The notes under the pieces: model-generated
Seen by the model: the letters and a program-made list of their open reading frames with translations, nothing else
Told to the model about the DNA's origin: nothing
The model's database searches: none
Assembly (NCBI GenBank): GCA_047619225.1
Contig: JBLHJX010000003.1
Coordinates: 4,294 to 68,293, forward strand
Length of the DNA stretch: 64,000 nucleotides
Direction: 5' to 3'
Origin: Candidatus Latescibacterota bacterium
Lineage (GTDB): Bacteria; Latescibacterota; UBA2968
Shown here: positions 41,658 through 51,053 of the stretch, one piece after another
Position numbering within the stretch: position 1 is the stretch's first letter
How the letters are laid out: each line of letters begins with the position of its first letter
Position numbers and translations under genes: made by a program

Positions 41658-41686
41658 AAAGTAGGGTTCTGTTTTGTGAAGGTCAA
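41658..41686 (-). promoter_or_regulatory. Candidate sigma-70-type promoter for the minus-strand operon
   Basis: The minus strand reads TTGACC-17 nt-TACTTT. This is the same -10 variant as upstream of rplM. Confidence 0.35.
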
Positions 41687-41806
41687 GATAAATAATGGGG
41701 AGAAGAGAGAAGTTGAAAGGGAGAAGACGTGCCCCCACTTCACTGAAGGCTGTTTCGCCTGTCATCTTCCTTCTTTCTTCTTTCTTCTTTCTGTTTTGGA
41801 GGGTTT

Positions 41807-43336
41807 ATGGACGCCATTTTCAAGCATTATCAATTGTTGAGAAAAGAAATGGAAGCCTGGTTGGACCAGAGTCGGAGGATGGATCCGCCAAGTAAACATG
41901 GGGGTGGGGAAGATGAGGCCAATTATGCGCTTGCTTGGTTCCCGCACTATTTGGTAACCGGCAGTGTGGGTGCAAAAGAACATTTTGAGTATTTGCGCGA
42001 GATGCTGGCGGGGTGGGTCGAGCGGGATTGTTTGCATGGGTATGAACCCGAAGCAGAAGCGCACCACGGCACGGAACCCTTTCTGTTGTTTTTACCACGA
42101 TACTTGGGCCTGTTTTCTGATGATGAAAAAGCGGCCACGATGTTGGATGATGCCGCCGAACATATTGGCAATTGGGTAGCAGATATTCCTGCGTGGTATG
42201 ATTGGGATCGGGATCGGTTTTATGGGTATTATATTGGCACGCGCACCGTTGGGGGAGATGCGGGTTATGATGTGGAGTTGGCCGAGCATTTTCGGTTTGT
42301 CCATATTGCACTGGCTGCGCATCGGGTGACAGGGCAAGAGCGGTATTTGGAGTGGGCTTTGGGGTATGGTCGCCGTCGGGCACAGATGATCGTGGATATT
42401 CCTGAAGGCCCATTACCCGTTGTGTGGGGGCCAGAAGGCGAACCGATTTGGCATGGCACAGCAAAGGCCGAGCAGCAAAAAGCGGCACAGGGCAATCATC
42501 ATGTTGCGGGTGACCCGTTGATTGGTGTGGAGGTGCTGTTGGCGTCGGGTGCAATTTATGCATTGGGTGATTTGTACGCCGCCTCGGGCGATGAGGTTTT
42601 TCGACAGGCCGCGAAGCGGATTGCAGAGCCTTTGGTTGGGGAATTGTTAGATCCTTATGCAGACCCAGGTGCGGCGGCGATTTCATATTATCGACAAGCG
42701 TTTGGTGATGATTCGTTGGATGATGCCATTCTCGGGCAGATTGAAAAAGTGCCCAAGTATCAAGACGGCGAATTGGCGATGGTGTTTCCACAAGCACGCA
42801 AACGAGAATGGCCGGGTGTGGGCAAGCGCAATGATATGACGTATTGGGGTATTTGGGGCACCGACGGTTCGGTGATACCGACAACAGAGCCATGCACCTC
42901 CGCATTGACACTGGCCTATCAGCTCACAGGCAAACCTGAGTATGCAGAACGCGCATTCAAACAAGCAGCAGCAAAGTTGACGATGGCGAGGCGCGCTTTG
43001 CGTGGTGGACGGGAACATGCCGATATGGGCAGCGCGATTTGTTCTGCGGCGGCAGGGCATGGGCGCAATTGGGGCATGGGTGCTGTGACGGGATGTTATG
43101 GACCCTTACTTTTGGGTACACGCGAGGTAAAGGGCAAAGTTACACCGCTTTTGGAAGTGAAACATGAGGGCGGTTCGAGTTTGCCTGAGGGTGTGATGGC
43201 GTTGGTGCAATCTGATTCACTGGCACGATTTTATAATGGGGGTGAATCATTGGAGACATTTTATTGGCGGTGGGAAAAGGGTGATTGGAAAGAATTGACA
43301 TTGAACACAGGTGAAGGTCGGGAGATTACGAGATGA
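41807..43336 (+). CDS. Hypothetical 509-aa cytoplasmic protein, function unknown (helical-repeat/toroid-like by composition)
   Basis: GGAGGG lies 4 nt upstream of the ATG. Composition is protein-like. The stop overlaps the next start (ATGA). The long antisense ORF at 41820-42911 is P/H/R-rich and implausible. Confidence 0.7.
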   Translation: MDAIFKHYQLLRKEMEAWLDQSRRMDPPSKHGGGEDEANYALAWFPHYLVTGSVGAKEHFEYLREMLAGWVERDCLHGYEPEAEAHHGTEPFLLFLPRYLGLFSDDEKAATMLDDAAEHIGNWVADIPAWYDWDRDRFYGYYIGTRTVGGDAGYDVELAEHFRFVHIALAAHRVTGQERYLEWALGYGRRRAQMIVDIPEGPLPVVWGPEGEPIWHGTAKAEQQKAAQGNHHVAGDPLIGVEVLLASGAIYALGDLYAASGDEVFRQAAKRIAEPLVGELLDPYADPGAAAISYYRQAFGDDSLDDAILGQIEKVPKYQDGELAMVFPQARKREWPGVGKRNDMTYWGIWGTDGSVIPTTEPCTSALTLAYQLTGKPEYAERAFKQAAAKLTMARRALRGGREHADMGSAICSAAAGHGRNWGMGAVTGCYGPLLLGTREVKGKVTPLLEVKHEGGSSLPEGVMALVQSDSLARFYNGGESLETFYWRWEKGDWKELTLNTGEGREITR

Positions 43337-44316
43337 AGTATCGCACATTGGGGCAAACAGGTTTGGAAGTTTCTGAAATTGCTTTGGGTGCGTATCCCAT
43401 TGCACGTCAACAACAGCGAGCCGATGGTACCATTGAGGTGTGGTCTGGGGCCAGTGATGATGAGTCGGTTGCATTGATTCATCGGGCACAAGACTTGGGT
43501 GTGAATTTGCTCGATTCAGCCGAAGGGTATGGCGGTGGGCATAGTGAGATTTTGGTGGGGCAAGCGCTAAAGGGACGACGCGATAAGTGGGTGATTGCGA
43601 CCAAGGTGCAACCCAATCGTGGATTGGATAAAGATCAGATAGATGAAGATGCGGTTCGGCAGCACATTCGAAAAGCTTGCGAAGACAGTTTGAAGCGGAT
43701 GCAAACGGATTTTATTGATGTGTATCAGCTGCATGCAACACCTTATGAATGGGCGATGCCTGCGGTGATGGAAACATTTGCAAAGCTGAAAGTGGAAGGT
43801 AAAATTCGGTGGTACGGCATTTCGACCAATAACCAAGATGCCGTTGGAAAGTTGCAGGCTTTTGGGCCGGTCCATATTCTACAAATTGGATACAATATGT
43901 TGGAGCGATCTGCCGATGCGTTATTGCACTGGGCAAAAGAACAGGCCATTGGAACGCTGATTCGTGTGCCTTTGGCAAAAGGACAGTTGACGGGTAAATA
44001 CTTTGGCGAACAAGCCCAACAGATTCCAGAAAATGATTTGCGTTATGCCCGTTTCCAACGACCTGAAGTGCAAGAAGGATTGAAGAAATTGCCCGAATTG
44101 CTGTTCTTGCAGAATGAAAAACGTTCGATGGTACAAGCGGCATTGCGTTTTGTATTGGATCATCCTGGGGTGTCGTGTGTGATCGCAGGAGCTAAGAATC
44201 GCGAACAGATTGAGGCCAATGTAAAGGCATCGGACTTGGCATCCTTGACACAAGAAGAACTGGACCGCGCTCTGCCTATTGCAGATACGGTTGGGACAGC
44301 GGGGTGGATTGGATAA
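43333..44316 (+). CDS. Aldo/keto reductase
   Basis: MKYRTLGQTGLEVSEIALG..., DSAEGYGGGHSE and the catalytic Y/K context are typical of the AKR family. Confidence 0.9.
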   Translation: MKYRTLGQTGLEVSEIALGAYPIARQQQRADGTIEVWSGASDDESVALIHRAQDLGVNLLDSAEGYGGGHSEILVGQALKGRRDKWVIATKVQPNRGLDKDQIDEDAVRQHIRKACEDSLKRMQTDFIDVYQLHATPYEWAMPAVMETFAKLKVEGKIRWYGISTNNQDAVGKLQAFGPVHILQIGYNMLERSADALLHWAKEQAIGTLIRVPLAKGQLTGKYFGEQAQQIPENDLRYARFQRPEVQEGLKKLPELLFLQNEKRSMVQAALRFVLDHPGVSCVIAGAKNREQIEANVKASDLASLTQEELDRALPIADTVGTAGWIG

Positions 44317-44357
44317 GTCATTGATAAATGGGAAAACTATAAAAGGTGGCGAAGAAT

Positions 44358-45494
44358 ATGAAAATCACAGCGTTGAAGACATTTGTGCACAGCAGTGGCA
44401 ATTTTTTCGTCAAGGTCGAAACGGATGAAGGGTTGTATGGGATTGGCGAAGCGGGGTTGAAAAGACGTGGTGCTGCAATTGCCGAGGTGGTGAAGAGTTT
44501 TGAACCTGATTTGCTTGGTGAAGATCCTTCGCGCATTGAATATTTGTGGCAGGTTATGTTTCGCGGTGGGTTTTTTCCAGGCGGTGTGATTCAGTCATCG
44601 GCGGTGAGTGCGGTGGATATTGCGCTTTGGGATTTGAAGGGCAAGGCTTTGGGTGTGCCGGTTTATGAGTTGTTGGGTGGGCTTACACGGGATAAGGTGG
44701 TGTGTTATCCGCATATTGGTGAGCGAGATCAGATTGATACTTTGGTGGCCAATTGTAAAAAGCGGATGGATGAGGGATGGAAGTTCGTGCGCTGGGGGAT
44801 GTCTGACCCGACAGACCCTGGGGTGTTTGAGCCGTCACGTGCGGTGCGATATGGCATTGAGCAGGTAAAAGCCGTGCGTGAAGCATGTGGTGACGAGTTG
44901 GAAATTTGTGTGGATGTGCACACCCGATTGGATCCTTCGGCGACCATTGCGTTTTGTCGGGGGGTGGAGCAATATCGTCCCTATTTTGTAGAAGATCCTT
45001 TGCGTAGTGAAAGCACGCAGAGTTTGCGCTTGGTTCGGCAACATACATCCGTACCGCTTGCGGTGGGTGAGCAGTTTGACAGCAAGTGGAAATTTCAACA
45101 GGTGATAGAAGAAGATTTGATGGATTATTGTCGGGTGGATTTGTGTATTGCTGGGGGTTTGACCGAAGCGAAAAAGATCGCTGGGTGGTGTGAAACGCAT
45201 TATATCTATTTGGCGCCGCACAATCCTTTGGGACCCGTTTCGACTGCGGCGTGTTTGCATTTGTGTTTGGCATCTCCGCTGGTGGGTGTGCAAGAATTAC
45301 CCCGGGTGCCGATGTCGACGATGACAGATGTGTTCCCAAAACAAGTGCCCTTTGAAAAGGGTTATCTGCTCGTGCCTGATGGGCCTGGATTGGGAATTGA
45401 ATTTAATGAAGAAGCTTTTGAGGGGATGGAGGCCTATACACCGGGCAAGGCTGCTGGTTTTAAGCGGGCGGATGGCGCGTATACAAATTGGTAG
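44358..45494 (+). CDS. Enolase-superfamily D-galactonate dehydratase (DgoD)-like protein
   Basis: MKITALKTFV...FFVKVETDEGLYGIGEAG and AVDIALWDLKGKALGVPVYELLGG are present. The ~378-aa length fits the family. Confidence 0.8.
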   Translation: MKITALKTFVHSSGNFFVKVETDEGLYGIGEAGLKRRGAAIAEVVKSFEPDLLGEDPSRIEYLWQVMFRGGFFPGGVIQSSAVSAVDIALWDLKGKALGVPVYELLGGLTRDKVVCYPHIGERDQIDTLVANCKKRMDEGWKFVRWGMSDPTDPGVFEPSRAVRYGIEQVKAVREACGDELEICVDVHTRLDPSATIAFCRGVEQYRPYFVEDPLRSESTQSLRLVRQHTSVPLAVGEQFDSKWKFQQVIEEDLMDYCRVDLCIAGGLTEAKKIAGWCETHYIYLAPHNPLGPVSTAACLHLCLASPLVGVQELPRVPMSTMTDVFPKQVPFEKGYLLVPDGPGLGIEFNEEAFEGMEAYTPGKAAGFKRADGAYTNW

Positions 45495-45512
45495 ATTAAA
45501 AGGGGTTTTCTT

Positions 45513-46775
45513 ATGAGCTCAGAGATTAAGATTGGTGTCATTGGGTGTGCGCGTATTTTGAACGCACATCTGCGTGGGTTTCAAGTGTTGCAAGAGAAAG
45601 GTTTTGGCGATCACTTTCGCATTACGGCTTTGTGCGCTCGAAAAGAAGAAGACGCGCATCGTTTTCGCAAACGTGGCGAAGGGCTTGGGCCTCGGCCTGC
45701 ACCTGTTGAAGCACCGGGTGACCCGCTCAATGCACCCCATATGTATATTGACGATTTGCACCCCGACCAAGAGGTGGCCATTTATACCGATTATCGGGAG
45801 ATGTTGCAATTGGGTGATGTGGATGCGGTTGTCATTTATACAGGTCATGACAACCACCATAGTATTGCGATTGATGCGATGAGAGCAGGCAAACATGTGG
45901 CGGTTGAAAAGCCGATGGCCATTTCGGTGAAAGCCGCACAGCGCATGTGTGAAGTGGCTGATGAGACGGGTTTGGTACTTGGCATTGATGAAAACGCGCA
46001 TTTTGCACCCGCAACACAGGCCAGTGCTTGGGCGATTGATCAAGGTTTGATTGGGCATGTGCAGATGTTGTATCAGGGGGTGATGGGTTTTTCGTCACAT
46101 CGGCCCGATTTGGTGGCAGCACGAACACCTTGGCGACAGACCAAGTTGGGTGCGGGTGGGGGTGTGTCGATTGATTTGGGGGTGCATTTGTTCAATCGGG
46201 TACGCACGATGTGTGGGGCCATAAAATCTGTACAAGCCATGTGGCGCACGGTGGAGCCTGTTCGAATTTTGATGGATGATGGCGATACGTCAGTTGAAGA
46301 AGAAATACAAAATCAGGTAGACGATGCGTTTTTTACCAATTTTGAATTTGAGAATGGTGCCATGGGGCATATGGCTGTGTCGCGCAGTACGCGGGGTATT
46401 CAAGTTGGTGTACCGGGGGGGACGAATATTTTTGGCAGTGCGGGTGCTTTGTCGGGAGGGAAAATCTATATTGGCGGCCAAACGTCTGATGTGTTGGGGC
46501 GGTTTAAGGCAAAAGCATCGCAGAGTGACCTTGACCGTGTGATGCCAGAAGGTATTACGGATGCGTTTGCGCTTGAACAGTTGGATTGGTTACGTGCAAT
46601 TGGAGATGGCAAATCTGCGACGATGTCGGGGGAAGAAGGCACAATTGATTTGGCGTTGAGTTATGCAATTTTAGAGTCGGGCTTGCTTGGGCGGGCGGTG
46701 ACGTTAGAGGAGATGTTATTGGGTGAGGCAAATGGGTATCAGCAAGAAATTGATGACTATTATGGGCTGACCTGA
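45513..46775 (+). CDS. Gfo/Idh/MocA-family oxidoreductase
   Basis: It has IKIGVIGCARILNAH and the EKPMA motif. Confidence 0.8.
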   Translation: MSSEIKIGVIGCARILNAHLRGFQVLQEKGFGDHFRITALCARKEEDAHRFRKRGEGLGPRPAPVEAPGDPLNAPHMYIDDLHPDQEVAIYTDYREMLQLGDVDAVVIYTGHDNHHSIAIDAMRAGKHVAVEKPMAISVKAAQRMCEVADETGLVLGIDENAHFAPATQASAWAIDQGLIGHVQMLYQGVMGFSSHRPDLVAARTPWRQTKLGAGGGVSIDLGVHLFNRVRTMCGAIKSVQAMWRTVEPVRILMDDGDTSVEEEIQNQVDDAFFTNFEFENGAMGHMAVSRSTRGIQVGVPGGTNIFGSAGALSGGKIYIGGQTSDVLGRFKAKASQSDLDRVMPEGITDAFALEQLDWLRAIGDGKSATMSGEEGTIDLALSYAILESGLLGRAVTLEEMLLGEANGYQQEIDDYYGLT

Positions 46776-46832
46776 TTACATGGCGAAGTGGACGTGGAGC
46801 ATTGGGTGCTGTTGATTAATGGTGCGTTTGTA

Positions 46833-46860
46833 TTGACAGTTTCTGTGGGTTTTTTATATT
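46833..46860 (+). promoter_or_regulatory. Internal sigma-70-type promoter
   Basis: TTGACA-16 nt-TATATT lies in the 130-nt gap before the next Gfo/Idh/MocA gene. Confidence 0.5.
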
Positions 46861-46905
46861 TGGGTGCATTTTGCGCTTTATTTTTTTGATCCAAAAGGAG
46901 GATGT

Positions 46906-48072
46906 ATGGCCAAAGAATTGAACATTGGCATGATCGGGTATTCGTTTATGGGCAAAGCCCATAGCAACGGATTTCGTCAGGTGCCTGCGTTTTTTCCAGA
47001 GTTGGGCGTTACGCCTGTTTTGAAGGTGATTTGCGGGCGCAATGAGGCTGCCGTGAAAGAGGCTGCTGCAACCTATGGTTGGGAAGAATATGCAACCGAT
47101 TGGAAAAAGGTTATTGCACGTGATGATATTGATGTGATTGATATTTGTACGCCGGGGAACCAACATTTGCCGATGGTTATCGCTGCTTTGGAAGCGGGTA
47201 AGCATGTGATTTGCGAAAAACCATTGACCAACACGTTGAAAGAGGCGAAGGAAATTTTGAAGGTTGCCAAGAAAACGCGCAAGAAAACCATGGTGGCTTT
47301 TAATTATCGTCGCGTACCTGCGGTGGCATTGGCCAAACAATTGATAGAAGAGGGTCGTATTGGTCAAATTTATCACTGGCGTGCGGTGTATTTGCAAGAC
47401 TGGATTATTGATCCAGACTTTCCGTTGGTGTGGCGTTTGGAAAAAAGCAAAGCAGGGTCAGGCCCCCATGGCGATTTAAATGCACACATTATTGATTTGG
47501 CTTTGCATTTGGTGGGTGAAATTGACACGGTTGTGGGTGCCGATACGACGTTTATTAAAGAGCGGCCATTGCTTGATGCTGTTGCCGATGGTGGATTAGG
47601 TGCCAAAGGGGGTAAGAAAAAAGGCCGGGTGACCGTGGATGATGCCACATTGTTTTTGGCCCGATTTAAGAATGGTGCCTTGGGTTCATTTGAAGCGACG
47701 CGTTTTGCCGCTGGGCGACGCAATCACAATCGGTTTGAAATCAATGGCAGCAAGGGAAGCCTTGTGTTTGACTTAGAAGACATGAATCATTTGCAGTTTT
47801 ACTCGCGGGATGATGAAGATCACATGCAAGGTTTTCGGAACATTATTGTGGGTGAAGGGAGCCAGCCGTATATGGGGGCTTGGTGGCCAGCAGGTCATGT
47901 TATTGGTTGGGAACACACGTTTACGCACGAGTTTAAAGATTTCTTTGAGGCCATCGTAAAGAACAAGAAGTTTTCGCCTGACTTTACCGAAGGCGCCAAG
48001 GTTCAGGCTGTTTTGGAAGCTGTGGTGGACTCGGCAAAATCGAAGAAATGGGCAAAAGTGCCGAAGGTGTAG
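46906..48072 (+). CDS. Gfo/Idh/MocA-family oxidoreductase
   Basis: It has LNIGMIGYSFMGKAHS and CEKPL. AGGAGG precedes ATG 46906. Confidence 0.85.
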   Translation: MAKELNIGMIGYSFMGKAHSNGFRQVPAFFPELGVTPVLKVICGRNEAAVKEAAATYGWEEYATDWKKVIARDDIDVIDICTPGNQHLPMVIAALEAGKHVICEKPLTNTLKEAKEILKVAKKTRKKTMVAFNYRRVPAVALAKQLIEEGRIGQIYHWRAVYLQDWIIDPDFPLVWRLEKSKAGSGPHGDLNAHIIDLALHLVGEIDTVVGADTTFIKERPLLDAVADGGLGAKGGKKKGRVTVDDATLFLARFKNGALGSFEATRFAAGRRNHNRFEINGSKGSLVFDLEDMNHLQFYSRDDEDHMQGFRNIIVGEGSQPYMGAWWPAGHVIGWEHTFTHEFKDFFEAIVKNKKFSPDFTEGAKVQAVLEAVVDSAKSKKWAKVPKV

Positions 48073-48203
48073 AAGCAAAAAAGTGCATAGCGTGAAGCGC
48101 GTGGGGCATAGCGAGAAAAATGATTTTGCGCTGCGCGTAGCTCTCTACGCTATCATCCGTGATTCCAAATAATTTTGTGAATGATTTAAATAGGAGTTGG
48201 AAA

Positions 48204-49202
48204 ATGGGTAGACCTTGTACGTTGTTTACTGGGCAGTGGGCAGATTTGCCATTGTCTGTGATGGCAGAAAAAGCAGTTGAATTTGGATATGATGGTTTGG
48301 AATTGGCATGTTGGGGAGATCACTTGGATGTGCGTAAAGCGGCATCAAGTGACAGATATGTGCGTGAGAAAAAAGAATTGTTGGAACAACATGGGCTCCA
48401 GCTCTTTTCGATTAGCAACCACTTGGTGGGGCAAGCCGTTTGTGATCTGATTGACGAACGGCACAAATCCATTTTGTCACCACAAATATGGGGCAACGGC
48501 AAACCTGAACAAGTGCGTCAACGGGCAGCCAAAGAGATGATGGTGACAGCCGAAGCGGCTAAAGCTTTGGGTGTGAAAGTGGTGAATGGTTTTACGGGGT
48601 CGTCGATTTGGCATTTGTTGTATTCTTTTCCACCTGTATCACCCAGCCAAATTGAGGCTGGTTTCCAAGATTTTGCTGATCGGTGGAATCCTATATTGGA
48701 TGTGTTTAAGAAAAACCGCATCAAGTTTGCATTGGAAGTACATCCCACGGAGATTGCGTTTGATACCGCTTCGGCCGCTCGGGCGGTTAAGGCATTGAAG
48801 GGGCGTAAAGAATTTGGGTTCAATTTTGACCCCAGCCACTTGGTGTATCAAAATGTAGATTATGTGGGCTTTATCCGTGAATTTGGCGACCGTATTTATC
48901 ATGTACATATGAAAGATGCGTATTTGTCGCATATTCCGACACGCGCGGGTGTATTTGGTGGGCATACCAATTTTGGGGATCCCAATCGCAGCTGGGATTT
49001 TCGCTCGCTTGGACGCGGCAGTGTTGATTTTGAAGAAATTATTCGGGCATTGAATGATGTGGGTTACAAAGGCCCCCTATCTGTTGAATGGGAAGACATG
49101 GGTATGGATCGTGAACACGGCGCAACCGAAGCGGCTGACTTTGTGAGGGCTGTGGATTTTGAACCCTCAAATGTTGCATTTGATGCAGCGTTTGCAGAGT
49201 AG
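48204..49202 (+). CDS. Sugar phosphate isomerase/epimerase (xylose-isomerase-like TIM barrel)
   Basis: [25 protein letters not shown] and SVEWED are metal-ligand segments typical of the family. AGGAG precedes ATG 48204. Confidence 0.85.
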   Translation: MGRPCTLFTGQWADLPLSVMAEKAVEFGYDGLELACWGDHLDVRKAASSDRYVREKKELLEQHGLQLFSISNHLVGQAVCDLIDERHKSILSPQIWGNGKPEQVRQRAAKEMMVTAEAAKALGVKVVNGFTGSSIWHLLYSFPPVSPSQIEAGFQDFADRWNPILDVFKKNRIKFALEVHPTEIAFDTASAARAVKALKGRKEFGFNFDPSHLVYQNVDYVGFIREFGDRIYHVHMKDAYLSHIPTRAGVFGGHTNFGDPNRSWDFRSLGRGSVDFEEIIRALNDVGYKGPLSVEWEDMGMDREHGATEAADFVRAVDFEPSNVAFDAAFAE

Positions 49203-49229
49203 TTATTAACGATCAGTGCTTGATCATTG

Positions 49230-49265
49230 GCGGTCAACAGATTTCACCCTGTTGACCGCTTTTTT
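49230..49265 (+). terminator. Rho-independent terminator
   Basis: A perfect 11-bp stem GCGGTCAACAG/CTGTTGACCGC has an 8-nt loop and is followed by TTTTTT. Confidence 0.85.
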
Positions 49266-49333
49266 ATGTCATTTGCCAGGCGAAGGTTATAGCTTATCTT
49301 TACGGGCATTAAAGACGGAGCAACCAGCGATGA

Positions 49334-49405
49334 ACACAGATCAACACAGATGGTACACAGAACATTTGTTATCTGTTGCTCGGCGCTTTGATGTGTGTAT
49401 CTGTG
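49334..49405. promoter_or_regulatory. Array of ACACAGA(T) repeats upstream of the ABC importer, candidate operator sites
   Basis: Direct copies lie at 49334-49340, 49344-49350 and 49355-49361, spaced 10 and 11 bp apart. Inverted copies (ATCTGTT, ATCTGTG) lie at 49371-49377 and 49399-49405. A weak TTGCCA-16-TATCTT promoter lies at 49273-49300. Confidence 0.4.
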
Positions 49406-49432
49406 GTCCCATTTGATTTTAGGAGTGTGTAT

Positions 49433-50989
49433 ATGGCTTTACGATATTTGTTTTTGGCGTTGTTGGTGCTGATTTCTGCGTGTGGGAAACAAGCGGCGAA
49501 TACGCTCGTGTTTGGGCGTGGTGGGGATTCTGTTGGTTTGGATCCGGCGCTGGAGACAGATGGTGAGTCTTTCAAGGTGTGTGATAACATCTATGAGACA
49601 TTGATCACGTTTAAGGCAGAAAGCACCGAACTTGCACCTGGTTTGGCTGAATCGTGGTCTGCTTCAGAAGATGGTCTCACTTGGACATTTCAATTGAGGC
49701 GCGGCGTGACGTTTCACGATGGGACCGCATTTGATGCTCAGGCTGTTGTGTTTTCTTTGGCACGGCAGTTTAAATCGGATCATCCTTTTCACAAGGTAGA
49801 AGGCGCTTATCAATATTGGAACAGCATGTCGATGAGCGATATCGTGAAGGATGTACGGGCAGTGGATGATTTTATCGTAGCGATTGATCTAAAACGCCCT
49901 AACGCGCCATTTTTATCAAATTTGGCCATGGGCTTTTGTGGTATTGTGAGCCCGGATGGGGTGAAGAAATGGGGAGGCGATTTTGCACGTCATCCTGTGG
50001 GTACTGGGCCATTTCGATTTGTGGAGTGGATCAAAGATGATCGCATCGTTTTGGAAAAATACGCTCAATATTGGGGCACAGTGTCCAAGCTTGATCGGTT
50101 AATTTTTAGAAGTATTCCCGAAAACTCGGTTCGGTTGATTGCCTTGTCGCAAGGTTCCATTAATGGGATGGACAATCTTGTGCCTGATTTTATACCGAGT
50201 ATTGAATCGGACGACCGATTGCAATTGCTTACTCAAGCGGGTATGAATGTGGGTTATTTGGCGATGAATATGGACAAAGAACCCTTCCAGGAAATGGCGG
50301 TTCGGCATGCGATTAATCATGCGGTCAATAAAAAATCATTGGTCGATAACCTGTATCAAGGGTTGGCGCTTCCTGCGGTAAACCCGATTCCGCCAACGAT
50401 GTGGGGGTATCATAAGGGCATCAAGGGTTATGACTATAATCCTGAAAAGGCCAGACAATTATTGGCGGAAGCTGGGTTTCCCAATGGATTTAAGACCACG
50501 TTGTGGGCGATGCCTGTGCCGCGGCCTTATATGCCACAACCTATGAAAATTGCCCAAGCGATACAGGCCGATTTAAAGGCTGTGGGTATTGAGGCAGAAA
50601 TTGTGACCTATGAGTGGGGCACGTATTTGGATAAAGTACAGCGGGGACAACATGATATGGCACTTTTGGGTTGGACTGGAGACAATGGTGATCCCGATAA
50701 TTTCCTTTATGTGTTGCTCGATAAGAGCGCGACACAAATTCCTGCCAATAATATCGCCTTTTATCGCAGCGAACCGTTGCATAAAGTGCTGATTGATGCA
50801 CAACAAAGCAGTGATCAAAAGCAGCGTACAGAATTGTATCACCAAGCGCAGGAAATTGTATTTCGAGATGCACCTTGGGTGCCTTTGGTGCATGCGGCTC
50901 AGACGGCAGCTTTTGACAAAAATGTTCATGGATTTCAGCTTCATCCAACAGGAAGCAAGTGGTTCCACCGTGTAGGAATTAAAGAATGA
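49433..50989 (+). CDS. ABC transporter substrate-binding lipoprotein, family 5 (peptide/oligosaccharide/nickel type)
   Basis: It has a lipobox (LLVLISA-C) and SBP family 5-like segments throughout. AGGAG precedes ATG 49433. Confidence 0.85.
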   Translation: MALRYLFLALLVLISACGKQAANTLVFGRGGDSVGLDPALETDGESFKVCDNIYETLITFKAESTELAPGLAESWSASEDGLTWTFQLRRGVTFHDGTAFDAQAVVFSLARQFKSDHPFHKVEGAYQYWNSMSMSDIVKDVRAVDDFIVAIDLKRPNAPFLSNLAMGFCGIVSPDGVKKWGGDFARHPVGTGPFRFVEWIKDDRIVLEKYAQYWGTVSKLDRLIFRSIPENSVRLIALSQGSINGMDNLVPDFIPSIESDDRLQLLTQAGMNVGYLAMNMDKEPFQEMAVRHAINHAVNKKSLVDNLYQGLALPAVNPIPPTMWGYHKGIKGYDYNPEKARQLLAEAGFPNGFKTTLWAMPVPRPYMPQPMKIAQAIQADLKAVGIEAEIVTYEWGTYLDKVQRGQHDMALLGWTGDNGDPDNFLYVLLDKSATQIPANNIAFYRSEPLHKVLIDAQQSSDQKQRTELYHQAQEIVFRDAPWVPLVHAAQTAAFDKNVHGFQLHPTGSKWFHRVGIKE

Positions 50990-51053
50990 GCTTTTAGCGA
51001 CCAGCGTTTACGGGCATCGCTGGTTGTCTGTTACTCATCGCGGATCTCTGAGT

